From NCBI GenBank assembly GCA_963805625.1, contig CAWDVE010000016.1:192001-256000 (forward strand): DNA of 64,000 nucleotides. Reading direction: 5' to 3'. The notes under the pieces are model-generated. The model saw nothing but the letters and a program-made list of their open reading frames with translations, did no database searches and had not been told where the DNA came from. Each line of letters begins with the position of its first letter. Positions within the stretch are counted from its first letter, which is position 1. The stretch comes from an uncultured Candidatus Rokubacteria bacterium. Its GTDB lineage: Bacteria; Methylomirabilota; Methylomirabilia; Rokubacteriales; DASRDR01. Shown here in pieces: positions 7,942-19,196 of this stretch. Made by a program: the position numbers and the translations under genes.

Positions 7942-10617
7942 GTGAAGCTCCGGGCGCATCTCGGCGCCTACCTCGCCTGTCTCGCTCTGATCGCGCTTTG
8001 GACGTGGCCCCTGGCCCACGATCCAGCGCACCTCGTTCCCGACAACACCGATCCCAGGCTGTTCAGCTGGGTGATGATCTCGGTGTTCCGGAATCTGCTC
8101 GCGCGCCCGTACCTCCTGCTCCACGGCAGCGGCTTCTATCCCTACGGCCTGAGCCTCACCTTCGCGGAGCCGCTGGTGACGCCGGCTCTGGTGGCGGGCC
8201 CCCTCTTCTGGTGGACGGGCAACCCGTACCTCGCCTACAATGTGACACTCCTGCTCTTCTGGGCCGCGTCCGGATGGGCGATGTATGCCGTCACGTACTG
8301 GATCACCCGTCGCCACGGGGCGGCGGCGGTCGCGATGCTGATCTTCACGCTCGCCCCGCCGCGGATCGAATACGCGGTCGAGTTCCAGATGGAGATCATG
8401 TTCGGGCTGCCGCTCGCGGTGTATGCCCTGGTGCGGTATCTCGAAGCGCAACGGCTCCGGTACTTGGTGGCCTTCCTCGTAGCCTTCTGGCTTCAGGCCA
8501 TCGCCGTCTGGTACTTCGCGGTCATCCTCGGTATGGGACTCGTCGTCCTCGCGCTCAGCTACGCCCTGCGCCGCTGGTCGGGCTGGCGCCCGGCGGCGCT
8601 GCTGACGGCCGGCGCCGGCGGGGTGGCGCTGAGCGTGGCGATGGCACCCGTCGCCTGGCCCTTTTTCGTGACACGCAGGGAGCTGGGCCTCGAGCGAAGC
8701 GCCGGGGACGCGTTGGACCGCTCGGCGAACGCACTCGCGTACCTGACGACCCAGGGAACCTGGCTGGCCAAGTTCGTACGCATCAACTTCGCGTCGGAGA
8801 CGACGCTGTTCCCGGGCCTTCTGGCGCTCGGGCTCGCCGCGCTGGCGACGGCCTGGATCTGCGCCGACAGGCGCACCGTGCCGCCGCGTGGATGGCCCGA
8901 GAGGCTGCTCTCCATCGCGATGGCGCTGAGCCTGGTCATCGGGGTGCTGACGGTCGGCGGTCACGGTCGGCTGAGGATTGGCTCCGCGTGGACCCGATTG
9001 CCCTCGGTCACGGCCTGCGGCGTCGGGCTGCTCGCGTGTCTGCTTCTGCGGGACGCGCTCGCGGGGTGGCGACGCTGGCGCGCGGGAATCAGCGACCGGC
9101 GCTTCACGCACGGGGAATGGGTGATCGCCCTGAGTTCCATGGGCTTCCTCGCGTTCCTCCTCTCGCTCGGCCCCATCGTGTGGGTCGGCGGCCGGCAGGC
9201 CGGGTTCGGCCTCTATCTATGGCTACACCCGTACGTGTTGCCCCTCCGGGCGATCCGCGGAACGACGCGCTTCGGCCTGCTGGTTCTCATGGTGGTGGCC
9301 CTTCTGGCAGGGCTCGGCACGGCGTGGCTCTTGAACCGGCTGTCGGGGACGCCCCGGTGGCTCGTGACAGCGGTCGTGGTCGGGGCCTTGACCCTCGACT
9401 ACGTCACGACGCCGCCCGACTACCAGCGAATCGAGACCTACGCGCGCCCCGTCGACGCGGTCCTCCGGGCGGATTCCGACGATGTCGCGGTGCTCGAGTG
9501 GCCCCTCAACAACCCGGGCGTCGACGTCGACGCCAAGCTCCGGTCGGTCGGGCACGGCCAGCGGGTCGTCAACGGCTTCGCCGGCTTCGTCCCCGACCTC
9601 CAGCGCGAACTGTCCGGGGTCCTGGCCGACGCCGCGCCACCGTTCGCGTCCTCGGCGGCCCGGACGGCCCTGGCCCGGATCTATCCGCTGCGCTATCTGG
9701 TCGTGCGCGACACCGCGGAGCGTCCCGGCCGCCCTCCCATGGGACAAGCACTTGCTGATCTGTCGGGGGGGTTCCTCCGCTTCCGTGGCACCCACGGGGA
9801 CGACGATCTCTACGAGATCGTGCCGCTGCCCGAGCGAGGCGTCGTGCTGGAGCGAGTCGCATCGTATGACCTCCTCGTGTCGCGACCCCACCTCCGGGCG
9901 GCGCTCCGACCTCTCCGGGCGCAGGCTGGCGTCCAGCAGCGGGTGAGTCTCACGCTCAACGGGGCGCCCGTAACCCGCACCGGCCTCGACAACACCACAA
10001 CCCTGTCGGCAACATTGAGTGGACCGCTCCGGCAGGCGGAGCCCAACGTGATCGCGTTCGAGTTCGAGTATCGGCGGAGCACCGCGGCGCTCGGCCCCGC
10101 GCACCGGCTGGGCGCGACGGGCGTGACGGTCCCTGTGGACGTCGTCGTGCGCAGCGGCGGTCAGCCGTACGGGGACACGGCCTCCATCCGCGTCGGGATG
10201 CGCGAAGTCGCGCCCAACCGGCGGGGCTACAACCTGGTCGCCCTCGAGCCGTCGGGAGCGATCCGGGACCGTGCCTCCTTCGACACTTTCGAGGATCCGA
10301 TGGCGAGCAGGGCGCTGGCGAGGTGGGTACGGGCCCTTGCCGCGGGCACGATCGTCCTGGGCGCCGTCAAGGACGAGGCGTCGGAGCAGCTCGACGCCGA
10401 TGCGGTCGGGGCTCTCGCCACCCTCGGGATCCAGGGGGACCTTCGTGGCCGCCGCCGGGAGTCCCACGCCTTCATCGGCGTGAAGGGCGCGCCGCCGCGC
10501 TCGGCCCTCCAGGCGCTGGGCCCGCGCCCCGTCGAGGTCCGGGTGGGAGAGCCCGGCGCGGCGTTCGGCCTCGAGCTCGTGGAGTTCCAGCTCGAGGCCG
10601 CGGTACCCGCGCGCTGA
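7942..10617 (+). CDS. Large polytopic GT-C/YfhO-like protein with C-terminal ILEI/PANDER domain
   Basis: N-terminal TM then DNTDP loop, many TMs, FLLSLGP, VVNGFAGF; C-terminal RGYNLVAL..SFDTF..VLGAVKDEAS..RESHAFIGVKG matches the ILEI consensus. Confidence 0.7.
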   Translation: MKLRAHLGAYLACLALIALWTWPLAHDPAHLVPDNTDPRLFSWVMISVFRNLLARPYLLLHGSGFYPYGLSLTFAEPLVTPALVAGPLFWWTGNPYLAYNVTLLLFWAASGWAMYAVTYWITRRHGAAAVAMLIFTLAPPRIEYAVEFQMEIMFGLPLAVYALVRYLEAQRLRYLVAFLVAFWLQAIAVWYFAVILGMGLVVLALSYALRRWSGWRPAALLTAGAGGVALSVAMAPVAWPFFVTRRELGLERSAGDALDRSANALAYLTTQGTWLAKFVRINFASETTLFPGLLALGLAALATAWICADRRTVPPRGWPERLLSIAMALSLVIGVLTVGGHGRLRIGSAWTRLPSVTACGVGLLACLLLRDALAGWRRWRAGISDRRFTHGEWVIALSSMGFLAFLLSLGPIVWVGGRQAGFGLYLWLHPYVLPLRAIRGTTRFGLLVLMVVALLAGLGTAWLLNRLSGTPRWLVTAVVVGALTLDYVTTPPDYQRIETYARPVDAVLRADSDDVAVLEWPLNNPGVDVDAKLRSVGHGQRVVNGFAGFVPDLQRELSGVLADAAPPFASSAARTALARIYPLRYLVVRDTAERPGRPPMGQALADLSGGFLRFRGTHGDDDLYEIVPLPERGVVLERVASYDLLVSRPHLRAALRPLRAQAGVQQRVSLTLNGAPVTRTGLDNTTTLSATLSGPLRQAEPNVIAFEFEYRRSTAALGPAHRLGATGVTVPVDVVVRSGGQPYGDTASIRVGMREVAPNRRGYNLVALEPSGAIRDRASFDTFEDPMASRALARWVRALAAGTIVLGAVKDEASEQLDADAVGALATLGIQGDLRGRRRESHAFIGVKGAPPRSALQALGPRPVEVRVGEPGAAFGLELVEFQLEAAVPAR

Positions 10618-10637
10618 CGCGGGCCGGCCGGGGCTGC

Positions 10638-13094
10638 CTACCGGGGAGTGACCGTGATGCGATCGAAGAACACGCCCACGTCACCGAGGAAGGCGACGGG
10701 AAACTCGAGGACCCTCGGCCGATCGAGCGTGAAGTCGAGCGTCACCTCTCGGTAGTCGCCGGGCGGCGCCTCGGTCGCTTCCACCACGCGCGAGGCCAGG
10801 GTCCGCCCCGCGGGCTCCGTGACCGAGAGACGCACGAGCGGGCCCCGGCCGATTCCCGCAGCGCGGAGCCGCAGGGCGAGCTGGTACCGGCCGGCGGGGA
10901 ACAGCCGCGCGGGCCCGCCCAGGAGATCCCCTCGAAGGCTTTCGACGGGGTCGGCGTAGGCCGCCCAGCCGCCCGAGGCGGCCGGGTCCGCTCGCTCTCC
11001 CAGGCGGTGAGGCAGTGCTTCCACCTCGTACGTGCGCTCGACCTCCGGACGATCCGCGGCCACGACGAGCACCCAGTCCACCGCGGCGTCACGCCGCCCG
11101 TCCCACGCGACCCGGAGCTCGAGCGGCCGGGCGTGCTCCACCCGGAACGGCAGGACCTCGTCGACCCAGTCTGGGCCAGGATCCACCGCGCGCTCGGCGA
11201 GGACCCGTTCGCCGAAGTTGCTCGTGACGTCGAGGCGAAGACCGGACCCGCGGACGCGAAAGCGCGCGACGTAGGCGCCGGCCGGAAGCGTGCGATAGGG
11301 CCCGAACGTGAGGAACCCCGCCGCGGCGCCGGGCCGCCCGGCGACGACGCGGCCGCCCGAGGCCTCCGGGGTGTCCACCACGGCCCCCGTCTCGTGATTC
11401 TGGCGCTCCGCCTCGTAGAACACGCCCACCGACGACGTTTGCCTGTTCGAGGCGGGCGCGCCAACGGTGACCCGGAACAGTGCAAGCGGTCCGGCGACTT
11501 GCTGGAGCGCCAGGACTCCGGAGGCGCGGAGGCGCTCGACCGTGAACGCGGACGGGTAGGGCGAGACCTGGGGCGGGAAACCGGCGCGGTCGACGACGAC
11601 GTGGGAGATGTCCAGCCGGCGGAGCGCCTCGGCCTCGCCGGCCGCGAGATCCCCGACGTTCATGGCCTCGAGCGGCTCGAAGACAGTATCGACGTACCGC
11701 CGCGGCACGAGCGGCGAGTAACCGTTGATCATGGGGATCCGCGTCCACGTGACCGCGTAAAGGTAGAGCCCCGATTGGGCGCTGTCGCCGGGCCAGACCG
11801 GGAGATACAGCACGCGGGAGGCCTCGCGGCGGAGCGTCTCGTACACCGGGCTGTCACCGAAGCGCGAGAAGGCGATGCCGTGCCAGGGCGGCGTCGCGAT
11901 GAGGACGAGGGCGAGGAGCCCGCCGAGCACGCCGACCCGCCCGGGGCCGGGTTTCGCGCCGCGGCCGTCCAGGACGGCCCGGGCGCCGAGCCCCGCCAGC
12001 ACGACCGTGGCCACGCTCGTCACGAGCAGGAGCTTCTCGGGGTTCCGGATCATCCCGAAGAACGGGACGAAGCGGTGGAGCGCCTGGTACAGCGAGAACC
12101 GCGGAATCGTGGGCCCCAGGCTCAGGAGGAGACCGAGGGCGAGCGCCGTTCCGTAGAGGAGTCGGAGCCCCGCGTCTCCGGGGCGCCCCCGGGCTCCGAG
12201 GCCGACGACCGCCAGCGCGGCGAGCACGAGCCCGCCGTAGCGCGCCGGGTCGGCGAGGGCACGAAGACCCGGAGAGAACAGTCGAATCTCGTCGAGCCCC
12301 CGTCCGGCGTCGGCGATCGAACCGGCCACGAACGTCTGGCGCAGCATGAGGACCCAGCCCGCGGCGACGAGGGCCAGGACGGCGAAGGTCAGGAGGGGCG
12401 CGAGTGGGAGCCGCCGGCCCGGCCCGATCGCGACTCGCATGCCCGAGTGCGCCAGGGCCAGGCCTCCGGCGAGATACGTGTACTGCGGCTCCAGCATGGC
12501 CAGCGCGATCAGCGCCGCGCCGCCGCCCACGCCGCCGCCGACCCGCCCGTCCCGGAGCGCCACGTCGAGCCCCCATAGCACCGCAGGCACGAGAGCCATG
12601 GCGAAGCCTGCCGGATGCCCCCCGAAGAGCGGCCCGGTCCTCGCCGGGAGAAGGGCGAAGCCGATTCCCGCGACGACCGCCGCGGCCGGATCGCCCGTCA
12701 AACGCCGTGCGAGCCCGTAGGCGGCCAGACCGGCCGCGGGGAACGAGAGGAGGACGAGCAGGTTGTAGGCCGTGTGGGGGCCGAGCACCGACAAGACGGT
12801 GAAGGGGAGCGCCAGGGGCAGGAAAGCTTGCGGCAGGTTCCAGCGCGGGCCGTTCACGCGGAACTGGTACGGATCGGTGAACAGCGGAGTCGGGCCCAGG
12901 AGCCCGTCACGGACGAGCCAGAACTGGTAGTAGAGCTGGAGCGTGTCGGCGGGCACCCGCGTGAGAACCGACAGCTCGACGAGCTGGCGCGCCCCGACCG
13001 GCAACCCGCGCGTGATCTCGGCGGGGAGAGGCCGGGAGACGACGAGCGCGGCGCCGAGGGAGACCGCCGCCACCGTCAGGGCGGCCCACCTCAC
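10638..13094 (-). CDS. Polytopic GT-C/YfhO-like protein with two tandem CBM-like periplasmic domains
   Basis: DTLQLYY..W, many TMs, LLLSLGP, MINGYSPL; two C-terminal repeats beginning FYEAE and YEVEAL with ASGG and (L/F)PAGxY. Confidence 0.65.
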   Translation of the reverse strand: MRWAALTVAAVSLGAALVVSRPLPAEITRGLPVGARQLVELSVLTRVPADTLQLYYQFWLVRDGLLGPTPLFTDPYQFRVNGPRWNLPQAFLPLALPFTVLSVLGPHTAYNLLVLLSFPAAGLAAYGLARRLTGDPAAAVVAGIGFALLPARTGPLFGGHPAGFAMALVPAVLWGLDVALRDGRVGGGVGGGAALIALAMLEPQYTYLAGGLALAHSGMRVAIGPGRRLPLAPLLTFAVLALVAAGWVLMLRQTFVAGSIADAGRGLDEIRLFSPGLRALADPARYGGLVLAALAVVGLGARGRPGDAGLRLLYGTALALGLLLSLGPTIPRFSLYQALHRFVPFFGMIRNPEKLLLVTSVATVVLAGLGARAVLDGRGAKPGPGRVGVLGGLLALVLIATPPWHGIAFSRFGDSPVYETLRREASRVLYLPVWPGDSAQSGLYLYAVTWTRIPMINGYSPLVPRRYVDTVFEPLEAMNVGDLAAGEAEALRRLDISHVVVDRAGFPPQVSPYPSAFTVERLRASGVLALQQVAGPLALFRVTVGAPASNRQTSSVGVFYEAERQNHETGAVVDTPEASGGRVVAGRPGAAAGFLTFGPYRTLPAGAYVARFRVRGSGLRLDVTSNFGERVLAERAVDPGPDWVDEVLPFRVEHARPLELRVAWDGRRDAAVDWVLVVAADRPEVERTYEVEALPHRLGERADPAASGGWAAYADPVESLRGDLLGGPARLFPAGRYQLALRLRAAGIGRGPLVRLSVTEPAGRTLASRVVEATEAPPGDYREVTLDFTLDRPRVLEFPVAFLGDVGVFFDRITVTPR

Positions 13095-16040
13095 GCCGGA
13101 CCCTCGAGGCGCTCAATCCGGAGCCGATCGAACCAGACGCCCACGCCGCCGCGGTACGCGCACGGAAACTCGAGCACGGCGGGCCGCGGCACGGTGAAGG
13201 GCACGGCCAGCTCCACGTACCGTCCAGGTTCCGGGACCTCGGCGCCCACGAGCTCACGCCCGGCCAGCTCCCCGCCGCGCGAGGCGAGCTCGGCCCCGCA
13301 CCGCGCGAACGCACCCGCGACAGGCTGGTCGAGCTTCAACCGCACCCAGAGGCGGTAGCGGCCGGGCGGATAGCGGCGGAGGGGACCGGTCCACACGGCG
13401 TCGCGGACGGTGCGCCCCGGCGTCGCGTAGCCGGCGGCGCCGCCAGAGGCGTTGGGGTCCGGTCGCTCCTGGAGCTCGTGGCCCAGCACCTCCACTTCGA
13501 AGAGCGAGGCCGGGTCCGCCTCGGCCGCGAACGCCACGGTGACCGAGTCCACCGCGACCCAGCCCTGCCCGTCCCATCGGGCGCGATACTCGATCGGGGT
13601 GGGGGCCGTCAGCGTGAACGACGTCGGCACCTCCACGAACGCTCCATCGGCCAGGTAGAATCCCGGCACGACCGAGCGTCGCGCGCCCGCCCTGCGTGGT
13701 GACCTGGAGGTCCACCCGGCTGCCCGACGCCCTTCAGCCGGAACCGGGCCCGGTACTCGCCGGGCGGCAGCAGCCGGTACGGGCCGAACATGACGAACCC
13801 TGGCCGGTCCACGCCGCTCTCGGGCGAGGCTCACTCGGCCGTTCGACGCGTCGGGGTCGTCGACGACGCGGCCGGTGTCGCGCCCGAGCGACTCGGCCTC
13901 CCAGAAGATGCCGAGCGGGCTCGTGGGTGGCGGCGCCGGGGGCACCGCGCGGGGCGTGTCCCGGACGCGGAACACGCGGAGCGTCCAGTCGCCGGCCGGC
14001 GTCTCGACGGGATCGAGATAGGGCGAGGCCCGGAGGTAGGCGAGGGCCAGCGCCGGGCCGAAGGCGCTCACCTTCAGCGGGAAGGCGTCCCGGTCGAGGA
14101 TCACCTGACGCACGCCGTATCGGCGCAGCATCCTGGGCCTCGGCCTCGCCGACCACGCCGAGGTTCACGGTCTCGAGCGGGCGGTAGACGTCGGTGAGGA
14201 ACGAGCGGTCGAGCCAGGCGGAGTAGCCGTTCAGCATCGGGACGCGCGTGAGCGTCGTCGCGTAGAGATAGAGCCCGGAGTAGGCGCTGTCGCCGGGCCA
14301 GAACGGGATCCAGAGCGCGCGCGGCCCCTCGGCCCGGATCGTCGCGAACTCGGGCCCGCCTCCGGGGAGACCGCTGACGCCGGTGGGCCGCCACGGGTGG
14401 TAGTCCACCGCGACCAGGAGGCCGAGCCCGAGCGCGACAGCGCCCCGGAGGACGCGGCCGCGCCGGCGCGTCAGGGCGTCCGCCCCCACCGCCCCCAGCA
14501 CGGCGAGGGCGAGGGCCACGAGGACCTGGGCCTTGGCCGGCTGGCGGATGAAGTTCCACGAGGGAACGAGGCGGAACGCGACTTCGAACAGGGGGAGTGC
14601 CTCCAGCCGGGGGCCGAGCGACACGATGATGCCCGCCACCAGCAGCGGCGCGAAGACCCAGAGCATCCGGCGCATGCCCGCCGGCCGTTGCCGCGCCAGC
14701 GCGACCACGGCGAGAACGGCCAGCGTGAGCGCCACGACGCCGGGATACACGGTCCGCCCGGAGGCCACGTTGACCCGGGTGAAGAGGTCCTCGGGGGTTG
14801 GCGAGAAGAGCAGCACCTCGTGGAGCGTCCGGCCGGCGCCCGACACGGACCGGTTCAGCAGGAGCCGCTGCAAGAGCAGGAGGAAGCCGCCGGCCGCCAG
14901 GCCGCCGCCGACGGCGAGCGCCACCGGGATCACCGGGAGTCTGGGAGACCACCACCGCCGCCACCCGGCGAGGAGCCACGCCCCGTGGACGAGGAGTGGC
15001 AGGGCGAGTGCGGCCGCGACGAGCCGCCCGCGGCCGGTCACGGCCGCGGCGGCGAGGAGCCACGGCAGGCACGCCATGAGGCTCCGGCGCGCGGCCGGGC
15101 GCGGATCCGTCACGACGCCGGCCGCGAGGAGCCAGGCCGCCAGCGCCTGCCAGATCGCGAGCGCGAGGAGCGTGACCACCGCACCGATCGCGAGGTCCAC
15201 GGACAGCGGGTCCTGCCAGCCCTGGCGCGCGAGGGCGCCGAGCGCTCCGTAGGCGAGGGCGACGGCGATAGCACCCGCGGCCAGCCAGGCCCCGGGGCCG
15301 ATGACCAGGAGCTCCCGTCGCCACGCGGGAAGCCCGACGCGCGCCAGCACGTAGAGCGGCAGGCCGAGGGCGGCGAAGTACGCGAAGTGGGGTTCCATCA
15401 GGGCGAGTCCGAGGAGCGCGCCGCCCGCCGCGAGGCCGCTCCCGAGCGATCCCGCCAGCGCGCCCTCGACCCCCCACAGGACGAGCGGGACCAGCGGATA
15501 CGCGAGGCCCGCGGGATGCCCGCCGAGCAAGGCGCCTACCCGGTAGGGCGCGCAGGCGAAGACCACCCCGGCGACGAACGCACCGGCCTGCGAGACGCCG
15601 TAGCGCCGGGCGAGAAGCGCCGCGGCCATGCCGGCGAACGGGAAGGACAGGAGGACGAGGGCGTTGTAGGCGAACCGGTGGCCGAGCGCGGAGAGCGGGA
15701 CGAAGAGAAGGGCGGCCGGCAAGAAGATGTTCGGGAGGTTCGCCCGAGGCCCGTCGATCGCGAACTGGTAGGGGTCCTTCAGGAAGGAGGCCCCCGACAG
15801 CAGGCGCTCCTCGACGAGCCACAGGTAGTAGTAGAACTGCAGGTAGTCGCCCTGGACGCCATAGACGAGCTCGCGGCCGGGGGTCGGCACGGCGGCGTAC
15901 GGCAACGCGTGGCGGAGGTGCCGGACCAAGGGCGCCGTGAAGATGACGCCGAGGAGCTGGAACAGGAGGAAGAGGGTGACCGCGGCGCCGCGCCCGAAGC
16001 GCGGGAGGCTAGCGCTCCTCGAGGCAGGTCCGGTAGACAT
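13091..16040 (-). CDS. Paralog of 10638-13094, interrupted by several frameshifts (probably sequencing errors); start uncertain
   Basis: Shares DPYQF..GPR.NLP, GGHPAG, EPxxxY, WPGDSAxSGLYLYA, MLNGYS; continues across ORFs 13734-16094, 13091-14131 and 13609-13812 with frame changes near 14130 and 13680-13830. Confidence 0.65.
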
Positions 16041-17179
16041 CGACGAGCCGCCTGCCCAGCGCCGGCCACCCGAAGTGGGCGACGGCGCGCTCACGGAGCG
16101 CCTGACCTCGGAGCTTCTGCTCGTGGGGATCGCGAAGGAGCCCGGCCAGGGCGGCCGTGAGCGCCGGGACGTCCCGCATCGGCGCGAAGACGCCAGCCTC
16201 CCCGAGGAGCTCGCGGGAGACCGGGCCGTCGTAGGCGACCGAGGGAAGTCCCATCGCCATGTAGTTGAGCAGCTTGCCGTTGGCCTCCGTGCTGACGTGC
16301 TTCGGGCTCACCGCGACGTCCCCGAGGGCGAGGTAGCGGGGAGTCTCCCCGTAGTCGATCCGGCCCGTCAGCGTGACCGAGCCCGGCGGCGTCAGCTCGG
16401 CGGCGCGGGCGCGATACCGCTCGACGTTCGGGTGTCCCATGAGGAGGAGGTGGGCGTCGGGGACGGCGCCCATGACCGTGGGCCACGCGGCAAGCAGATC
16501 CTCGATGCCCTGGTACTCGGTGAGGACGCCCAGGAAGACCACGACCCGCTTGCCGACGAGCCCGAGCCGCTCGCGGAGGTCGTCGGGGGCCGGCCCGGGC
16601 CGGAGAAACTCGGGGTCGATGCCGTCCGCGAGCAGCACCACCCGCTTCCGCGGGATCCGCCAGACCTCGACCAGCTCCCGGGCGAAGTTCGCGGACGAAG
16701 GCAGGAGCCGGGCCGGCCAGCGGAGCACCCACCGCTCCAGGCGGCGCAGCGACGCCGGAAGCGGCCCCCGCGCGGCCAGGTGCCCGTGCGCGATCATCTC
16801 GTCGGCGACGCTGCCCTGGAGGTCGGCCACCGCGGGCCGCCCGATGAGCCGGCCGACGACCGACGCGATCGCGGCGCCCTCGTGGAGGTGGCCGTGGAGC
16901 ACGTCCGGCCGGAAGCGCCGTGCGGCCCGGAGCGTCGTCCCGAGGAGTAGCCCGTCCAAGTACGGTCGGTGGGGCGAGAACCCGATGGGCAGCGTCCGCA
17001 CCCACGGTACGCGTGGCGCGCGGACCGTCGGGACTTCCGGATGGTCACGCCCGACGGCGTACGTGGCCAGCGAGGGTCTCGACGCCGAGGCCGCGGAGGA
17101 CCCGGACCTCCTCGAGGATCCGGATGTGGCATCCGCGGTCCCCGAAGAACGGTGTCGGGGCGACCATCAGCACGCGCAT
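16009..17179 (-). CDS. Glycosyltransferase family 4, N-terminal part frameshifted
   Basis: True N-terminus MRVLMVA-PTPFFGDRGCHIRILEE read from 17179, with shifts near 17158 and 17070; EANGKLLNYMAMGLP GT4 motif. Confidence 0.82.
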
Positions 17180-17230
17180 CAGCGCCTCATTGTAGCAGAG
17201 CGTTGCCGCGCGCCCGGCGGCTCGCGCGGG

Positions 17231-18121
17231 TCAGTCGGCGAGGTGCCCCTTGGCGTGGAGGTAGGCGTCCAGCGCCTCGGGCCACGGGCGGAGCGGCGGG
17301 AGCCCGAGCGCGGCCGCGCGAGTGTTGGCGAGGACCGAGTAAGGCGGCCGCGGCGCCGGCGCCTTGGCCCTGTACGCCGCGCTCGTCGTCGGCCTGAGGT
17401 TCGGTGAGAGCCGGCAGAGCTTGAAGATGCGGCTGGCGAATTCGAACCAGGAGCAGGCGCCCGCGTTGGTGAGGTGGTAGATCCCCCCCGGGGGATTCAC
17501 GGCGACGAGCGCGCTGATGGCCTCCGCCAGATCGGCCGTGTAGGTCGGGCCCAGGATCTGATCCTCGACGACCTGGATGTCGCCGCCCTGGTGGGCGAGC
17601 CGTCGCATCGTCTCGACGAAATTGCCCCCCTTGCCCGCGGACCCGGCAACCCCGTAGAGGCCGGAGGATCGGACGACGACGTGGTCCGGGCTCGCGTCGC
17701 GGACCCGGCGTTCGCCGGCCAATTTCGATGCGCCATAGACGCTCAGCGGCGCGGGCGGAGCCTCCTCCGTGTACGGCCGTGGAGGGTTGCCAGGGAGGTC
17801 CCCGCCGAAGACGTAATCCGTGCTGAGATGGAGAAGCCGCGCGCCGCGGTGCGTGCAGGCCTGGGCCAGGTGACCGACGGCAACCTCGTTGACGGCTAAC
17901 GCCAGCGACGCGTCCTTCGTCTCGATGTCGTCGACCCGGTGGTACGCGGCCGTGTTGATCACCCACGCGGGGGCATGGGTCGCGAGGGCCCGCTCCACGG
18001 CCCCCTGGTCGGTGACGTCGAGATCGGCCCGGGTGAGCGGGATCAGCGCCGCCGCGGGCAGCGTGCGGCGGAGGTCGGTGCCGAGCTGGCCGTTCGCTCC
18101 GATGAGGAGGATGCGCTCCAC
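17231..18121 (-). CDS. rfbD: dTDP-4-dehydrorhamnose reductase
   Basis: GANGQLG, HLSTDYVF, YGASKLAGE, DQILGPT, RPPYSVL. Confidence 0.9.
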   Translation of the reverse strand: MERILLIGANGQLGTDLRRTLPAAALIPLTRADLDVTDQGAVERALATHAPAWVINTAAYHRVDDIETKDASLALAVNEVAVGHLAQACTHRGARLLHLSTDYVFGGDLPGNPPRPYTEEAPPAPLSVYGASKLAGERRVRDASPDHVVVRSSGLYGVAGSAGKGGNFVETMRRLAHQGGDIQVVEDQILGPTYTADLAEAISALVAVNPPGGIYHLTNAGACSWFEFASRIFKLCRLSPNLRPTTSAAYRAKAPAPRPPYSVLANTRAAALGLPPLRPWPEALDAYLHAKGHLAD

Positions 18122-18130
18122 GACCCCATG

Positions 18131-19195
18131 CTACTGCGGAAGCGGGGTCGAGGGGGCGTCGAGCACCGAGCCGGGGGTACCCGCGGCCTTGCGATCCTCC
18201 TCGAGGAGCTGGATCCAGCGGATGTTGTAGTAGCGCGGGTTCTCGAGATCCGTCCGGCCGTCGGCCTGGATGCGCTGCACCATGTCGGTGACCGAGTCCT
18301 CGATCGAGACCTTCGGGCGGAAATTCAGGACGCGCCCGATCTTGTCGCCCGAGACCCGGTAGTTGCGCACGCTGCCGTGGTGGTAGTCGGGCCGGATGTC
18401 GACGTCGATCCCGAGGCGTCGCAGCGCCTCCTGCACGCGGAGGGCGAGCTCGGAGATGCGCAGGTTCCGGTAGCAGAGGTTGAAGACTTCGCCCCGCACC
18501 GCCGCGTCCTCCGCCTCGACCAGGGCGATATAGGCCTGGGCGGTGTCCCTGACGTCCACGAGAGGCCGCCACATCTCCCCACCGTGGTGGAGCGTGAGCC
18601 GGCGGTGGATGAGGGCGTCCCGGACGAAGGTGTTGACCACGAGGTCATAGCGCATCCGGGGCGAGTAGCCGTAGATCGTGCCCTTCCGGAGGGCGACGGG
18701 GCAGAAGTCCTCGCCGGCCATGGGGAGGACTTCGCGCTCCGCGTCGTACTTTGACAGAGAGTAGGGGGCGCGCGGCGCAACCGGGGCGGCCTCGTCCTGC
18801 AGCACGTCCGCGCCCTCGTCCAGCACCCCGCAGTCGTAGATCGAGCAGGACGAGGCGAGGACGTAGCGCCGCACGCCCTCCGCCTTGCAGAGCCGCGCGA
18901 GCGCGGCCGTCGCCACGGTGTTCATCTCGTGGTTGGCCCGCGGGTTGTACTCCGCGGTCGGATCATTCGACAGGCCACCGACGTTCACGACGGCGTCGAC
19001 GCCCTCCAGCACCCGAGGGGAGACCGCGCGCATATCCGCCTCGACCAGCTCGATCCGATCGCGCACGCCCCGGAGGCCGCTGTCCCCGAAGTAGAGGCGG
19101 TCGAGCACGCGCACGGTGTAGCCGCGCTGCAGGAGCTCCTCGGTGAGGACCGAGCCCACGTACCCCGCGCCGCCGACGACGAGGATCCGTCGCAC
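18131..19195 (-). CDS. NAD-dependent sugar epimerase/dehydratase (SDR)
   Basis: GGAGYVGS, LSNDP, ASSCSIY, YSLSK, SPRMRYDLVVN. Confidence 0.88.
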   Translation of the reverse strand: MRRILVVGGAGYVGSVLTEELLQRGYTVRVLDRLYFGDSGLRGVRDRIELVEADMRAVSPRVLEGVDAVVNVGGLSNDPTAEYNPRANHEMNTVATAALARLCKAEGVRRYVLASSCSIYDCGVLDEGADVLQDEAAPVAPRAPYSLSKYDAEREVLPMAGEDFCPVALRKGTIYGYSPRMRYDLVVNTFVRDALIHRRLTLHHGGEMWRPLVDVRDTAQAYIALVEAEDAAVRGEVFNLCYRNLRISELALRVQEALRRLGIDVDIRPDYHHGSVRNYRVSGDKIGRVLNFRPKVSIEDSVTDMVQRIQADGRTDLENPRYYNIRWIQLLEEDRKAAGTPGSVLDAPSTPLPQ

Positions 19196-19196
19196 C

